Notes: a model not told the origin generated them from the sequence alone. Positions 1 through 10,183 are shown, numbered from the stretch's first letter. The stretch is DNA of 64,000 bases from Spirochaetia bacterium (GCA_965198005.1 CBDAOI010000003.1:1088001-1152000); one strand, 5' to 3'. Program-made: numbers and translations.

Positions 1-6
1 AACATC

Positions 7-1158
7 GTGGGCCTCGACGCGGCCATCCTGATGCACCCGCGGGTGTGGGAAGCGTCCGGTCACGTCGAGAACTTCACCGACCCGCTGGTCGACTGCCGCA
101 ACTGCAAGGCGCGCTTCCGCGCCGACCAGATTGCGGACCCGTCCGGCCGCTGCCCGCAGTGCGGGGCGCCGGAGCTGACCGACGCGCGCCAGTTCAATCT
201 GATGTTCCGCACCCACCTCGGGCCGGTGCAGGACGCCGGCAGCGTGGTCTATCTGCGTCCCGAGACCGCCCAGGGCAGCTACGTCAACTTCAAGAACGTG
301 CTGCAGTCGAGCCGGCTCAAGATCCCGTTCGGGATCGCGCAGGTGGGCAAGGCGTTCCGCAACGAGATCACCACCAAGAGCTTCATCTTCCGTACCTGCG
401 AATTCGAGCAGATGGAGATGCAGTACTTCGTCCATCCCAGCGAGGACGTGCGCTGGTTCGAGCACTGGAAGGAGCGCCGCTTCCAGTACTACCTCGACCT
501 CGGCATCGACCCCGACAACCTGCGGTTTCATCAGCACGGCCCGGACGAGCTGGCCCACTACGCGCGCGACGCGTACGACATCCAGTACCGGTTTCCGTTC
601 GGCTGGCAGGAACTGGAGGGGATCCACAACCGCACCGACTACGACCTGAAGCGGCACATGGAATTCGCCGGCAAGGATCTGAGCTATCTGGACGAGAGCA
701 GCCGCCAGCGCTACGTGCCGTTCATCATCGAGACCGCGGTCGGGCTCACCCGGTCGGTGCTGATGGCGCTGGCCGATGCCTACGCCGAGGACGAGGTGGG
801 CGGCGAGCGGCGCGCGCTGCTGCGCTTCCACCCGCAAGTGGCCCCGATCACCGTCGGCGTGTTCCCGCTGGTCAAGAAGGACGGTCTGGCGGAGCGGGCG
901 CGTGCCATCGAGGAGGAGCTGCGCGAGTCGTTCGCCACCTTCTACGACCAGGGCGGGGCGATCGGCCGCCGCTACCGCCGGCAGGACGAGATCGGCACGC
1001 CGTTCTGCGTCACCGTGGACTACCAGACGATGGACGACGATACGGTGACGTTGCGCTTCCGCGACTCCACGCGGCAGGAGCGGGTGGCGCGGCGCGAGTT
1101 GACGGCACGCCTGCAGGAGGCGACCCGCAGCTACCGGCGGGTGGCGGCGGCGGGGTGA
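7..1158 (+). CDS. glyQS: Glycine--tRNA ligase (class II, homodimeric type), 5'-partial
   Basis: Motifs WEASGH, LRPETAQG, GKAFRNEI, EFEQME, IGRRYRRQDEIGTP; the frame continues off the left edge. Confidence 0.95.
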   Translation: MGLDAAILMHPRVWEASGHVENFTDPLVDCRNCKARFRADQIADPSGRCPQCGAPELTDARQFNLMFRTHLGPVQDAGSVVYLRPETAQGSYVNFKNVLQSSRLKIPFGIAQVGKAFRNEITTKSFIFRTCEFEQMEMQYFVHPSEDVRWFEHWKERRFQYYLDLGIDPDNLRFHQHGPDELAHYARDAYDIQYRFPFGWQELEGIHNRTDYDLKRHMEFAGKDLSYLDESSRQRYVPFIIETAVGLTRSVLMALADAYAEDEVGGERRALLRFHPQVAPITVGVFPLVKKDGLAERARAIEEELRESFATFYDQGGAIGRRYRRQDEIGTPFCVTVDYQTMDDDTVTLRFRDSTRQERVARRELTARLQEATRSYRRVAAAG

Positions 1159-1178
1159 GCGGCGGGGGCCGCCCGCGC

Positions 1179-2462
1179 ATGGCAACCACGGTCGGCGGGA
1201 GCGCCGCCGGGGGCGTAGCGCCCGCTAGCGCGGGCGCCGACGCGGGCGCGCTGGCCACCCTCGCGCGGCGCGGGCTGGTCAAGCAGACCACCGGCAACGA
1301 GGCGCTGGCGCGGCTGCTGGACGCCGCTCCGGTGACCTTCTACCTGGGCATCGACCCCACCGGCCCGAGCCTGCACGCCGGCCACCTGGTGGGCCTGCTG
1401 GCGATGGCGCACCTGCAGCGCGCCGGCCATCAGCCGGTGCTGCTGATCGGCGGCGGCACGGCGCGGGTCGGCGATCCGTCGGACAAGGACGACATGCGGC
1501 CGCTGCTGCCGGTGGAGGAGGTGGCGCGCAACGCCGAGCTGATGCAGCGCCAGGTCGGCCGCTTTATCGATCTGGAGCGCACCATCGTGGTCGACAACGC
1601 CGCGTGGCTGGCCGATCTGGGCTATCTCGACTTCCTGCGCGAGATCGGGCGCCATTTCTCGGTGAACCGCATGCTCGGCTTCGAGGCCTACCGGCGGCGG
1701 CTCAAGACCGGCTTGAGCTTTCTGGAATTCAACTACCTCCTGCTGCAGGCCTACGACTACCTGCTGCTGCACCAGCGCTACGGCTGCCTGCTGCAGATCG
1801 GCGGCGACGACCAGTGGGCGAACATTCTGGCGGGGGTCGACCTCATCCGGCGCGTGCAGCAGGCGGAGGCGCACGCGCTGACCTGGCCGCTGGTGACCAC
1901 CGCCGACGGCAAGAAGATGGGCAAGACCGCGGCCGGGGCGCTGTTCCTCGATCCGGAGCGGGTTACCCCCTACCAGTTCTACCAGTACTGGATCAACGTG
2001 CCGGATGCGGATGTCGGCAAGCTGCTGGCGCTGCTTACCCTGCTGCCCGAGGCGGAGGTGGCCGAGCTGAGCCGGCTGCGCGATCAGGCGACGGGTGCGG
2101 CCAAGCAGCGGCTGGCGCTGGAGCTGACCGGCATGGTGCACGGCGCGGAGCAGGCGCAGCGGGCGCAGGCGGCCAGCCGCGCGCTGTTTGCCGGCGCCGG
2201 CGGCAACCGTGACGCGATGCCGAGCGCGCCGCTGGCCGCCGCCGAACTGGCCGCCGGCGTGCCGCTGGTGGAGTTGCTCGCGCGCAGCTCGCTGTGCGCC
2301 TCCAGGAGCGACGCCCGCCGCCTGATCGAGCAGGGCGGCGCGCGGGTGGGGGACACGGTGCGCACCGACGTCCACGCGGTCGTCGGTCCGGCCGACGCGG
2401 CCGCGGGCGAGATCGTGCTGCGGGCCGGCAAGAAACGGTTCTTCCGCTACCGGATACGGTAA
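1179..2462 (+). CDS. tyrS: Tyrosine--tRNA ligase
   Basis: YLGIDPTGPSLHAGH (HIGH-like), QIGGDDQW, KMGKT, C-terminal S4 domain; start is ATG 1179 or GTG 1155 overlapping the glyQS stop. Confidence 0.95.
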   Translation: MATTVGGSAAGGVAPASAGADAGALATLARRGLVKQTTGNEALARLLDAAPVTFYLGIDPTGPSLHAGHLVGLLAMAHLQRAGHQPVLLIGGGTARVGDPSDKDDMRPLLPVEEVARNAELMQRQVGRFIDLERTIVVDNAAWLADLGYLDFLREIGRHFSVNRMLGFEAYRRRLKTGLSFLEFNYLLLQAYDYLLLHQRYGCLLQIGGDDQWANILAGVDLIRRVQQAEAHALTWPLVTTADGKKMGKTAAGALFLDPERVTPYQFYQYWINVPDADVGKLLALLTLLPEAEVAELSRLRDQATGAAKQRLALELTGMVHGAEQAQRAQAASRALFAGAGGNRDAMPSAPLAAAELAAGVPLVELLARSSLCASRSDARRLIEQGGARVGDTVRTDVHAVVGPADAAAGEIVLRAGKKRFFRYRIR

Positions 2463-2517
2463 CGCCCCGCCCCGCCGCCCCGCCGCCGGAGCCACCGTGC
2501 CACCGCTCCAGCCCGGC

Positions 2518-2546
2518 TTGACTTCGGCGCCGGCGGGCGGTACCGT
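2518..2546 (+). promoter_or_regulatory. Putative sigma70 promoter for rpsT-hbb
   Basis: TTGACT-N17-TACCGT upstream of a GAGGAGG RBS. Confidence 0.5.
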
Positions 2547-2593
2547 AAATGTTCGGATAGTGGCGACTTGGATTCGCCCAGAGGAGGTACGCT

Positions 2594-2860
2594 GTGCCCG
2601 CCAAACGATCGGCTGCCAAGCGCCAACGGCAAAACGCGAAACGCCGGGTCCGCAATCGCGCCGTGTTGAGTCGTGTGCGGACCACCCTGCGCAAAGCGCG
2701 CGAGGCGCTGGCGGCGGGGGGAACCGCCACGGACGAACATCTGGTGGCCGCGGTCCGGGAACTGGATCGCGCCGTTTCCAAGGGCACGTTGAAGCGTAAC
2801 ACCGCGGCCCGCCGCAAGCGGCGTCTGCATGCACGGGCGGCGCGCGTGGCGTCGGCCTGA
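2594..2860 (+). CDS. rpsT: 30S ribosomal protein S20
   Basis: SAAKRQRQNAKRRVRN...LDRAVSKGTLKRNTAARRKRRL; strong RBS. Confidence 0.95.
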   Translation: MPAKRSAAKRQRQNAKRRVRNRAVLSRVRTTLRKAREALAAGGTATDEHLVAAVRELDRAVSKGTLKRNTAARRKRRLHARAARVASA

Positions 2861-2916
2861 CCCCGGAATCATCCGCGCCGGCGAACGGCCGTGGCGAATC
2901 CCGGCGGAGAGCGCGT

Positions 2917-3219
2917 GTGGGCAAGGAGCGGAAGCTGACCAAGGCTCAACTCGTCGACAGCATTTACCTCGACGTAGACGTTGCCAAGAAAGACGTTCAC
3001 CAGGTTCTTGACCTGTTTTTCGAAGCGGTGAAGGACGGGTTGCTGGAGGATCGCGTGATCGAGTTGCGCGGCTTTGGCACCTTCGAGCTGCGCACCCGCC
3101 GCGGCCGTCAGGCGCGCAATCCGAAGACCGGCGAGACGGTACGCGTGGGCGAGCACGGGGTGGCCGTGTTCCGGCCCGGCCGCGAACTGAAGCAGAAGGC
3201 GTGGGAGATCCGGGGCTGA
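2917..3219 (+). CDS. hbb: HU/IHF-family nucleoid protein (spirochaete Hbb-like)
   Basis: IELRGFGTF...ARNPKTGE...FRPGRELK; follows rpsT as in Borrelia. Confidence 0.85.
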   Translation: MGKERKLTKAQLVDSIYLDVDVAKKDVHQVLDLFFEAVKDGLLEDRVIELRGFGTFELRTRRGRQARNPKTGETVRVGEHGVAVFRPGRELKQKAWEIRG

Positions 3220-3241
3220 CTCCGGAGTCTGTCGGCTGACC

Positions 3242-4954
3242 ATGCCCGCGCCGCGGGCGCCTTCCTTGACCGACACGACCGCACCGATTGCCGGCGGCCG
3301 GCCCGGCCGCAACCGGGCGGTCGCGCTGCTGTGGAGCGGCAGCGGCGACCTGGGGCTGCTCCTGGTCGCCGCGGTGCTGTTCGCGCTGGCCCACCCCAAC
3401 CCGCTCATGCAGTGGGGGCTCGGGCCGCTGGCGTTCGTGGCGCTGGCGCCGGTGTTCATGGTGCTGCGGCGCGCCGGCTGGGTGCGCGTGCTGCCGTACG
3501 GCGTGGCGTTCGGGTACGTCAGCTACGCCCTCTACAACTACTGGCTGGCCACCTTCCATCCGCTGGCGATCATCATCGTGCCGGTGGTGTACATGGGTTG
3601 GTTCCTGCTCCTGTTCCCGCTGCTGAAGCTGGCGGACAGTCTCCTGCCGCGCTACGGCTATCTGCTCCAGGTGCTGCTGTGGGCGGGCTACGAGTACGCC
3701 AAGAGCCTCGGCTTTCTGGGATACAGCTACGGCATCCTCGGTTACAGCCAGTACCTGTGGACCGACTTCATCCGGATCGCCGGGGTCACCGGCGTCTGGG
3801 GCGTATCGCTGCTCGTGATCGCCGCGTCCGCGCTGCTCGGGCGGCTGCTGACCGCCGCCCTGGAGGCGGGAGCTTGGCCGTGGCGGCGCGCGGTCTGGCG
3901 CCCGTACCTCCGGCTCCACCGGATCCCGCTGCTGGCGTACGCGCTGCTGCTGGTCGCCAACGTGGGCTACGGCGCGGCCACCCGGACCGACTACAGCCAG
4001 GAGCGGCAGTGGCGCGTGGCCCTGATCCAACAGAACGTCGATCCCTGGCGCGGCGGCTTCTACGCCTACGAGCGGTCGCTGGAGACGCTGCTGCGCCTGA
4101 GCGACGCGGCGCTGCGGGAAGACCCGGAGATCGTCATCTGGTCCGAAACCTCGTTCGTGCCGGGCATCGACTGGCACACCCGGCACCGGACCGACCCGCG
4201 CCGGTTCGCGCTGGTGCAGCGGCTGCGCGCCTATCTGGATCGCCAGACCGTGCCGTTCGTGGTGGGCAACGACGACGGCCAGTTGGAGCGCACCGACGCG
4301 GGCGAAGAGCGCGTCGACTACAACGCGGCGATCGTGTTCGAGGAGGGGGAGATCGTCGAGACCTACCGCAAGGTGCGCCTGGTGCCGTTTACCGAGAGCT
4401 TTCCGTTCAAGGAGCAACTGCCCGGCATCTACAACTGGCTGCTCGAGGCCGACACCCACTTCTGGAAGCCGGGCACCGAGTACGTGGTGTTCGACGCCGC
4501 CGGCGTGCGCTTCTCCACCCCGATCTGTTTCGAGGACACCTTCGGCTACCTCGGGCGCGAGTTCGTGCGTCATGGAGCGCAGGTACTGGTGAACATGACC
4601 AACGACTCCTGGTCGTTCTCGGTGGCGGCGGAGGTCCAGCACATGACGATGGGGGTGTTCCGGGCGGTCGAGAACCGCCGGTCGATGGTGCGCTCCACCA
4701 ACGGCGGGATGACGGTCACGATCGACCCGGACGGCCGCATACTGGACCTGCTCGAGCCGTTCACCGACGACTACCTGATCGGCACCGTGCCGGTCGTGGA
4801 GGGGCCGCCAACGCTGTACACACGCTGGGGAGACTGGCTCGGTGTCCTGGTGCTGGCCGCGGCGCTGCCGTGGCTGGCGGGTGCCGGCCTGCGGCGCGTG
4901 GTCGCGGGAGGTGACCGGCCGCGCCCCCGGCCGCGGCGCCGGCGGCACCGTTGA
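3242..4954 (+). CDS. lnt: Apolipoprotein N-acyltransferase (copy 1)
   Basis: TM helices plus nitrilase-fold triad WSETS / YRKVRLVPFTE / PICFED; TLYTRWGDW. Confidence 0.93.
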   Translation: MPAPRAPSLTDTTAPIAGGRPGRNRAVALLWSGSGDLGLLLVAAVLFALAHPNPLMQWGLGPLAFVALAPVFMVLRRAGWVRVLPYGVAFGYVSYALYNYWLATFHPLAIIIVPVVYMGWFLLLFPLLKLADSLLPRYGYLLQVLLWAGYEYAKSLGFLGYSYGILGYSQYLWTDFIRIAGVTGVWGVSLLVIAASALLGRLLTAALEAGAWPWRRAVWRPYLRLHRIPLLAYALLLVANVGYGAATRTDYSQERQWRVALIQQNVDPWRGGFYAYERSLETLLRLSDAALREDPEIVIWSETSFVPGIDWHTRHRTDPRRFALVQRLRAYLDRQTVPFVVGNDDGQLERTDAGEERVDYNAAIVFEEGEIVETYRKVRLVPFTESFPFKEQLPGIYNWLLEADTHFWKPGTEYVVFDAAGVRFSTPICFEDTFGYLGREFVRHGAQVLVNMTNDSWSFSVAAEVQHMTMGVFRAVENRRSMVRSTNGGMTVTIDPDGRILDLLEPFTDDYLIGTVPVVEGPPTLYTRWGDWLGVLVLAAALPWLAGAGLRRVVAGGDRPRPRPRRRRHR

Positions 4955-4999
4955 CAACGAGGCGGCAGGTGCGCGAGGATCGACTTACGTCCGCTACCC

Positions 5000-5728
5000 A
5001 TGCCGGTGCTTGATACTGCGCACGCGAAAATCCTCCTGGTCGACGACGAGCCGATCAATCTCGAATTGTTCGAGGTGATGCTGTCCAAGCTCGGCTTTCA
5101 GGTGTCGATGGCGGCCAACGGCGAGCAGGCGCTGGAACTGCTTGCCGAGGTGGAGCCCGATCTGATCATTCTCGACAACCTGATGCCGGGGATCTCCGGC
5201 TGGGAGGTGACCAGGAGAATCAAGCACGACGCCGCCTACGCCGCCTTTCGGCACGTCCCGATCATCATGTTCTCGGCGCTGGACGGTATCGAGGATCGGA
5301 TCGAAGGACTGGAGCTGGGAGTCGACGACTATATCGCCAAGCCGTTCCGGTTCTCAGAGGTGCTGGCGCGGATCCGGGCGGTTCTGCACCGGCACGAGCT
5401 GACCCGGCAGTTGGCGCGCCGCGAGCACCGGTTGGGAATCATCGAGGCGCTGAACGAGTCGCTGGTGTTCTTTTCCCAGCACGTCAAGCGTCCGTTGCAG
5501 GAACAGGTGGAACGCGCCACGCAGCTGCGCCGGCAGGGAGACGTCACCGAGTTGCGGGCGTTCGCGGCGGTCGTGCAACAGCAGGCGCAGAACTTCCTGA
5601 CCACGCTCACCGAGTTGGAACGCGAGATCACCGACGTGCGGGACCAGGGCCAGCGGCTGAAGGAGGGCGATCTCGGTCTCGAAGAGCTGCAGGCGCTGAT
5701 TCACGAACGCCTGAGCGGGCGCACGTGA
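5000..5728 (+). CDS. Response regulator: receiver domain plus helical C-terminus
   Basis: ILLVDD, LIILDNLMPG, DDYIAKPF; the C-terminus has an H-box-like FSQHVKRPL but no HATPase or HTH domain. Confidence 0.85.
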   Translation: MPVLDTAHAKILLVDDEPINLELFEVMLSKLGFQVSMAANGEQALELLAEVEPDLIILDNLMPGISGWEVTRRIKHDAAYAAFRHVPIIMFSALDGIEDRIEGLELGVDDYIAKPFRFSEVLARIRAVLHRHELTRQLARREHRLGIIEALNESLVFFSQHVKRPLQEQVERATQLRRQGDVTELRAFAAVVQQQAQNFLTTLTELEREITDVRDQGQRLKEGDLGLEELQALIHERLSGRT

Positions 5729-5794
5729 TCGGCCGGGATCGAGGAGGGTTCACCGATGAGGGCAACCGTGTTTCACGCGATGTCGCAGCCGCGG

Positions 5795-5823
5795 TTGACA
5801 CGCCGTTAGCGGAGGGGTACAGT
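5795..5823 (+). promoter_or_regulatory. Sigma70 promoter upstream of rho, giving a ~260-nt leader
   Basis: TTGACA-N17-TACAGT. Confidence 0.7.
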
Positions 5824-6087
5824 AAGTGGGTTACCGGGTGTGACGTGCTCGGTTCGGCCCCCCGGACAGCGGACGGCGGGGCCGTTACGCGCGACTCTTC
5901 TTCCGAGTCGGCAAGGTCACTCCGTGACACCGAAGACGATGCATCGTCCGCGGGGACCGGTATTTTCGGACCAGAAACCATAGGCCGGCAGGTGCACCCT
6001 GACGGTGCAGTTGCCTCGAACGTGTAGTGAATTATTCCTCGTTTACGGAGTCTCATTCCAGGAATCTCATTGCAAGGAGTCTCATCA

Positions 6088-7782
6088 ATGGAAGACGACA
6101 GCCAGACTACTCCCGCATTCGACGACCTGACCGAGCCGGCGGCCGCTCCGGTGGAGCAGCCGGCCGCAGCCGCCGACGCCGATCCTGCGCCGCCGCGGCG
6201 CAACGACCGCAATGACAACGGGGCGGATGAACGGACGGTGCGCCGCGGCCGCAAGCGCCGGCTGCGGGTCGAGCTGGTCGACGACAGAGATGCCGACCAG
6301 TTCCCGGCCGGCCTGATGGAGCGCGAGCGCGACCGGCGGGAACGGCCGGATCGGCAGCGCCCGCGGCGCGACTACGACGGCGGGTCCCACGACGGCATGC
6401 TTCCCGGCCGGCGCCGGGGCCGCGGCCGGGTCCGTGGCGGCAGTCCGCCCCCGGGCGGTCTGCCGCCGGCGCATCTCCCGCCCCCGGCGCCGCTGACCGG
6501 CAACGAGGAGAAGCTGCATATCAACGAGCTGTCGGTAAAGCCGATCACCGAGCTGCGCGCAATGGCGGTCGCCCTGGGCGGCAATCACGAGTCGCTGGTC
6601 TCCATGAAGAAGCAGGAGATCATCTTCACCATCCTCAAGCAGCATACCGAGCGCAACGGCGTGATCTATGCGCACGGCGCGCTCGAGATCCTGCCCGACG
6701 GCTACGGCTTCCTGCGCTCGTCGAACTACAGTTATCTGCCGGGCCCCGACGACATCTACATCTCGCCGTCGCAGATTCGCCTGTTCAATCTCAAGACCGG
6801 CGACACGGTCTCCGGCCAGATCCGCTCGCCCAAGGAGCAGGAGCGGTTCTTCGCCCTGCTGCGCGTGGAAACGGTGAACTTCGACGAGCCGGCGGTAGCC
6901 CAGGGGCGGATCCCGTTCGAGAGTCTTACGCCGCTGTACCCGCACGAGCGGATCAACATGGAAACCGTGAACGGTGAGCCGGCCACGCGCATGATCAACC
7001 TGTTCTGTCCGATCGGAAAAGGGCAGCGCGGTCTGATCGTCTCGCCGCCGCGTGCCGGCAAGACGGTGATCATGCAGCGCATCGCCAACGCCATCACCGA
7101 GAATGATCCCGACATCTTTCTGATCGTGCTGTTGATCGACGAGCGCCCGGAAGAAGTGACCGACATGCAGCGCAACGTGCAGGGCGAGGTGGTGTCCTCT
7201 ACCTTCGACGAGCAGGCCACGCGGCACGTGCAGGTGGCCGAGATGGTGATCGAGAAGGCCAAGCGGCTGGTGGAGCACGGCAAGGACGTGGTGATTCTGC
7301 TCGATTCGATCACCCGGCTGGCGCGGGCCTACAACCAGACCGTGCCCACCTCGGGCAAGATCCTGTCGGGCGGCGTGGACTCGAATGCGCTGCACAAGCC
7401 CAAGCGGTTCTTCGGCGCCGCGCGCAACGTGGAGGGCGGCGGCAGCCTGACCATCGTCGCCACCGCCCTGATCGAGACCGGCAGCCGCATGGACGAGGTG
7501 ATCTTCGAGGAGTTCAAGGGCACCGGCAACATGGAGATCAAGCTCGACCGCCGCCTGGCCGATCGCCGCCTGTACCCGGCGATCAACATCAACGCCTCCG
7601 CCACGCGCAAGGAGGAGCTGCTGCTGACCGAACAGGAACTGGCCAAGATGTGGGTGCTGCGCAAGGTGATCGGGCCGATGGACGAGGTCAGCGTGGTCGA
7701 GCTGCTGCTGGCGCGGATGCGCCTGAGCAAGAACAACGAGGCGTTCCTGCGGTCCATGAACACCACCGCCATCTCCGAGTAG
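6088..7782 (+). CDS. rho: Transcription termination factor Rho with N-terminal low-complexity extension
   Basis: [57 protein letters not shown] before ATG 6088. Confidence 0.97.
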   Translation: MEDDSQTTPAFDDLTEPAAAPVEQPAAAADADPAPPRRNDRNDNGADERTVRRGRKRRLRVELVDDRDADQFPAGLMERERDRRERPDRQRPRRDYDGGSHDGMLPGRRRGRGRVRGGSPPPGGLPPAHLPPPAPLTGNEEKLHINELSVKPITELRAMAVALGGNHESLVSMKKQEIIFTILKQHTERNGVIYAHGALEILPDGYGFLRSSNYSYLPGPDDIYISPSQIRLFNLKTGDTVSGQIRSPKEQERFFALLRVETVNFDEPAVAQGRIPFESLTPLYPHERINMETVNGEPATRMINLFCPIGKGQRGLIVSPPRAGKTVIMQRIANAITENDPDIFLIVLLIDERPEEVTDMQRNVQGEVVSSTFDEQATRHVQVAEMVIEKAKRLVEHGKDVVILLDSITRLARAYNQTVPTSGKILSGGVDSNALHKPKRFFGAARNVEGGGSLTIVATALIETGSRMDEVIFEEFKGTGNMEIKLDRRLADRRLYPAININASATRKEELLLTEQELAKMWVLRKVIGPMDEVSVVELLLARMRLSKNNEAFLRSMNTTAISE

Positions 7783-8609
7783 TGCCTGACGCCGCGGTCG
7801 CCGCGCGGGAGATCAGCCTGCTGATCGACGGCGCGCGCATTCTCGACCGGGTGGAGCTGACCCTGCGCGCCGGCGAGCGCTGGGTGGTGTTGGGCCCGAA
7901 CGGCAGCGGCAAGACCTCGCTGGTGCGGCTGTTCGCGGGCTACGGCTACCCCTCCACCGGCACGCTGTGGGTACTCGGCGAACGGTTCGGGCGCACCGAC
8001 CTGCGCCGGCTGCGGATCCGGATCGGCTGGGTGCACGGCGACCTGCACTATCAGATTCCCCCGTTCATGACCGCCGCCGAGGTGGTCCTGGCGCGCGCCC
8101 GCGGCGGACTGGTGCTGTACGGCGACGTGCCTGCCGCCGAGGCGGCCCGGGCCTGCGCTCAGCTTGCCCAGCTCGAGGTCGAGATGTTGGCGGCGCGGCG
8201 GTTCGCGACCCTGTCGACCGGCGAGCGCCAGCGCGTCCTGATCGCGCGCGCGCTCGTTCCCGAGGTGGAGCTGCTGCTGCTGGACGAGCCCGCGATCGGT
8301 CTCGATCCGGCGGCGCGCGAGCGGTTCCTGGACGACTTGGCGGCGCTGTATCGGCGGCGTCCCGAGTTGACCGTGGTGTACGTCACCCACGACGTCGGCG
8401 AGCTTACCGCCCACTACGACGGCGTGCTGCTCCTGGACCGGGGACGGGTAGTCGCCTGCGGGCCGCCCGCCGCGGCCCTTACCGGGGCCCATCTGCAGGC
8501 GGTATTCGGTCCGCACTGCCGTCTCGACCGCCACGGCGACCGCTACGCGATCCGGTTCGCCGCGCCGCGACCAGTGCGCCGAACAGCGCCAGCAGCCCGG
8601 CGGCGATGA
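7782..8609 (+). CDS. ABC transporter ATP-binding protein (ModF/YlmA-like)
   Basis: GPNGSGKT, LSTGERQR, LLLLDEP, VTHD; GTG start overlaps the rho stop. Confidence 0.85.
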   Translation: MPDAAVAAREISLLIDGARILDRVELTLRAGERWVVLGPNGSGKTSLVRLFAGYGYPSTGTLWVLGERFGRTDLRRLRIRIGWVHGDLHYQIPPFMTAAEVVLARARGGLVLYGDVPAAEAARACAQLAQLEVEMLAARRFATLSTGERQRVLIARALVPEVELLLLDEPAIGLDPAARERFLDDLAALYRRRPELTVVYVTHDVGELTAHYDGVLLLDRGRVVACGPPAAALTGAHLQAVFGPHCRLDRHGDRYAIRFAAPRPVRRTAPAARRR

Positions 8610-10095
8610 CCGCCGGCAGGTAATCGCCGAAGCGCGTATACACGGTCGGGTGGGTCGGACGGTATACGGGCACCTGCAGCCGCAGGGCGTACTCGGTGAA
8701 CAACGGCGCCGGGGAGCCGATCACGCGTCCCCACGGATCGATGGCGGTGGTCACCCCGCCGTTGGTGGCGCGCACCAGGACCCGCCGGTTCTCCACCGCC
8801 CGCAGCTTGGCCGCCACCAGGTGCTGGGTCTCGGCAGACACGGTCCGCGACCAGGCGTCGTTGGTCAGGTTGATCAGCAGGTCGGCGCCGGCGCGTACGA
8901 AGCGCCGGTTGATGTAGGGAAAGGAATCTTCGAAGCAGATCGGCGCGGCGAAGCGGAGCGTGCCTCCGGCGCGCAGGGGCAGCGCAAACACGGTCCATCT
9001 GCTGCCCGCCGCCCAGGTGGCGTGCAGCCCGACGACGTCATTGAAGAAGCGCCGCACCGCCGGCACCTCCCAGAACGGCACGCTCTCCGCGAACGGCACC
9101 AGATGGCGCTTGCCGTAGTGGTCCAGCACCCGGCCGCCGGGGCCGACCAGGAGGGCCGCGTTCATCGCCTGCACCGGGTCGTGTTCCAGCAGCCACGGAA
9201 TGCCGGTCAGCAGCGGCACCGACAGACCGGTAACCGCGGCCGGTACGCGCGGTTGCGTCGTCTCCCCGCCGGGGAGGACCGGGTACGTTACCGCCGTCTC
9301 GCTCCATACCACCAGGTCCGGCGGGTGCCGGCGGGCCGCGATCGCGTCGGCGGTGAGGCGTTGCAGCGTCTCCACGGTCTCCTCGGCATCGCCGGTCAAC
9401 CACGGATTGCTGTTGTGCTGGACCAGGACCAGGTCAGCGGTGCCGGTGGCGGGGATCTCCCTGCCCAGTGCGGCGGTGCCGTAGCCGAGCGCGGCCGCCA
9501 CCAGGCACGCCACCGCCGCGGTGCCCCTCCACCGGTGCGCCGGGATGGGAGTGCCGCGCGGGTAGAGCGCCGGCTCGAGCCACTCGGCCGCGATCGCGTT
9601 GACCAGCGCCATCAGCAGCGACAGCCCCCAGACGCCGGTAATGTCGACCAACTGGATCAGGGGCGTGAGGCCGTGCACGGGATAGGCGATCAGGCCCCAC
9701 GGGTAGCCGAGAAAGCCGGACGACTTGAGATACTCGTAGAGCGCCCACACCGCGGCGATCGCGAACGGACGGTAGGTCGCGGGTACGCTGGAGGTGAACC
9801 GCAGGATCGGGGCCAGCAGCGCATGCCAACCGAGGTAGGCGAGGGTGACGCCCCCCAGAGTCCAGACCGAGAAATCCTGAAAGAAGAGCAGCCAGTAGTT
9901 GGTCAGCAGGCTCGAGAGCGTGCCGAACACGGCCCCGATGCCCACCGCCTGACGGTAGCTCGGCGTGTGGTAGAGCGCGACCAGCAACGGCGCCAGGGCG
10001 ACCGTCCCGAACAGCGGACTGCCGAGGGAAAACAGCTCGTTGGGCAGGGCCAGCGCGAGCAGCACCGCCGAGACGACGGCGAGCAGCAGGCGCAG
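8479..10095 (-). CDS. lnt: Apolipoprotein N-acyltransferase (copy 2); start codon uncertain
   Basis: WSETA / YGKRHLVPFAE / PICFEDSF triad, TVYTRFGDY. Candidate starts: CTG 10095, GTG 10065, or TTG 10140 inside tRNA-Leu. Confidence 0.9.
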   Translation of the reverse strand: MRLLLAVVSAVLLALALPNELFSLGSPLFGTVALAPLLVALYHTPSYRQAVGIGAVFGTLSSLLTNYWLLFFQDFSVWTLGGVTLAYLGWHALLAPILRFTSSVPATYRPFAIAAVWALYEYLKSSGFLGYPWGLIAYPVHGLTPLIQLVDITGVWGLSLLMALVNAIAAEWLEPALYPRGTPIPAHRWRGTAAVACLVAAALGYGTAALGREIPATGTADLVLVQHNSNPWLTGDAEETVETLQRLTADAIAARRHPPDLVVWSETAVTYPVLPGGETTQPRVPAAVTGLSVPLLTGIPWLLEHDPVQAMNAALLVGPGGRVLDHYGKRHLVPFAESVPFWEVPAVRRFFNDVVGLHATWAAGSRWTVFALPLRAGGTLRFAAPICFEDSFPYINRRFVRAGADLLINLTNDAWSRTVSAETQHLVAAKLRAVENRRVLVRATNGGVTTAIDPWGRVIGSPAPLFTEYALRLQVPVYRPTHPTVYTRFGDYLPAVIAAGLLALFGALVAARRTGSRSGRRGGRDGSADRIPPADGPR

Positions 10096-10097
10096 GT

Positions 10098-10183
10098 TGC
10101 CGGAGACCGGACTCGAACCGGTACGGTCCGTCAGGACCAAGGGATTTTAAGTCCCCAGTGTCTGCCAATTTCACCACTCCGGC
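10098..10183 (-). tRNA. tRNA-Leu (UAA)
   Basis: GCCGGAG/CTCCGGC acceptor stem, anticodon arm GGGGA-CTTAAAA-TCCCT, long variable arm, GGTTCGAGTCC T-loop; CCA not encoded. Confidence 0.95.

Noticed and set aside
45-1178. N-terminal ~370 aa of the 805-aa ORF (apparent TyrS fusion)
   Set aside because: Shadow frame overlapping glyQS; TyrS similarity starts only after ~1179
5725-6027. 100-aa ORF upstream of rho
   Set aside because: Spans the rho promoter and leader and has no motif; more likely non-coding
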